A DNA stretch of 64,000 nucleotides from assembly GCF_035084215.1 (NCBI RefSeq), contig NC_090355.1, positions 21,762,001-21,826,000 of the forward strand, in the 5' to 3' direction. Position 1 is the first letter of the stretch, and each line of letters starts with the position of its first letter. The translations under genes and the position numbers were made by a program. The stretch comes from Heptranchias perlo (Eukaryota). Under the pieces are notes generated by a model. The model had not been told where the DNA came from. It saw only the letters and a list, made by a program, of their open reading frames with translations, and did not search any database. This document shows positions 62,701 to 64,000 of the stretch, piece after piece.

Positions 62701-63770
62701 CTTACTACCCATTTACTTGCCTGTAGAAGACATTTGGATTCCCTTTTATATTGGCTGCCAGTCTATTCTCATACTCTGTCTTTACCCCTCTTATTTATTT
62801 CCTCTTTCACTACCCCTCTGAACTTCTATATTATGCCTGATTCTTACTTGTTACCAACCAGACATCTGTCATACACCCCTTTTCATCTTACTCTCTCTCG
62901 TCATCTAGGGAGGTCTGGCTTTAGTTGCCCTACCTTTCTGCCTCATGGGGATGTACCTAGAGACTGTACCCAAACCATATCTTCTCTAAAAGCCACTCAT
63001 TGTTCAGTTACAGTTTTGCCTGCCAATCTTTGATTCCAATTTAACCGGGCCGCCAGATCTGTTCTCATTTCACTGAAATTCCTTCAAATGGGTATTTTTC
63101 CTCCGAGTGCTCCTTGTCCTTTTCCATTGCTATTCAAAACCTTATATGATACTATGATCACTGCTCCCTAAATGCTCCCCACCACTTGCACACACTCCAC
63201 TTGGCCCACCTCATTTCCCAGAATAAAGTCCAGCAATGCCTGCTTCCTTGTTGGGCTGGAAACACTGATTTAGAAACTTATCCTGAACACATTTCAAAAA
63301 TTCCTCCCCCTTATATTGTTATCCCAATCTATATTAGGATACTTGAAGTCCCCAGTTATCACTACTCTATAGCTTTTGCACCTCTCTAATTTCCCTGCAA
63401 AATTGCTCCTTTATATCCTTCCCACTAGTTGGTGGCCGATACACTACTGGGTGTATTGTAATGGCACCTCTATTGTTTCTTAACTCTAACCAAAGATTCT
63501 GTCCTTGACCCCGCCAAGACATCCTCTCTCTCCAGCACTGTTATATTCTCCTTAATTCAAGCTCCTCCAGCTGACAACACTTCCTGCATCTGTGGTTGTC
63601 CAGGACACAAAGTGTCCTGGAGTTCCCACATGGCACAGGCCATGCATTCGATGAGAGGGAGCTGCCCTGCCATGCCTTAATTTATTAATTTATTTTTAAG
63701 TTTTAGTAAACTAAGCCTTAAATACACTGAAAAACTCACCAGCTACCAGCCAATCAGCTCCTTCCCCTGT
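59740..63770 (-). mobile_element. Long degraded CR1 (5' UTR/ORF1 remnant, APE, RT, 3' UTR) interrupted by a family-2 LINE
   Basis: [43 protein letters not shown] and AEVLNEYFASVFTK peptides in colinear order. Confidence 0.85.
61330..62548 (+). mobile_element. Jockey-group family-2 LINE RT fragment nested in the CR1
   Basis: [25 protein letters not shown] motifs and the family-2 3' tail. Confidence 0.9.
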
Positions 63771-64000
63771 TTATTTATATCTTGATCTTCAGGATCCAAA
63801 AATAATTATTTCCCTCATAAAAGTAGAAAAAATGAACTCTCCATTCTTTAAGTCTCTGGGATCATTCATCATTTCACAAAGGCTGCCAATGTAGTTCAGT
63901 CATTGGGCACTAAGTTGTACACAAAACTGACCATATTTGATTTACCTTGGAATTTTTGTGTTTCCATCGGGGACTACTTGGCCTCCAACTGATGGCACAG

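Overview
Repeat-rich vertebrate DNA, most likely from a cartilaginous fish (inferred from the Deu-domain SacSINE1-like SINEs, the CR1/L2 families and the Penelope termini). One host gene is visible: SCAI on the minus strand, with ten phase-compatible GT-AG coding exons from 42457 down to 6512 (about 341 codons; the 3' exons and any upstream exons were not found in the window). The introns and upstream region are filled with CR1, L2 and Jockey-group LINE fragments, SINEs, hAT and Harbinger MITEs, and a Harbinger transposase relic. The most interesting signal is a Penelope-like element (PLE) system. A GIY-YIG endonuclease fragment at 52871-53077 is followed by a TATA/Inr and a minimal hammerhead-ribozyme motif. 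Four short fold-back insertions (6827, 38702, 54177, 59408) carry hammerhead motifs with covarying stems, a ~36-nt tail and 13-15 bp TSDs. The three family-A insertions share a target consensus, and two of them sit at the same position of the same SINE family. There is also a near-perfect 465-bp inverted duplication (55929-57239). Repeat boundaries were read by eye and are approximate unless anchored by TSDs or splice sites.
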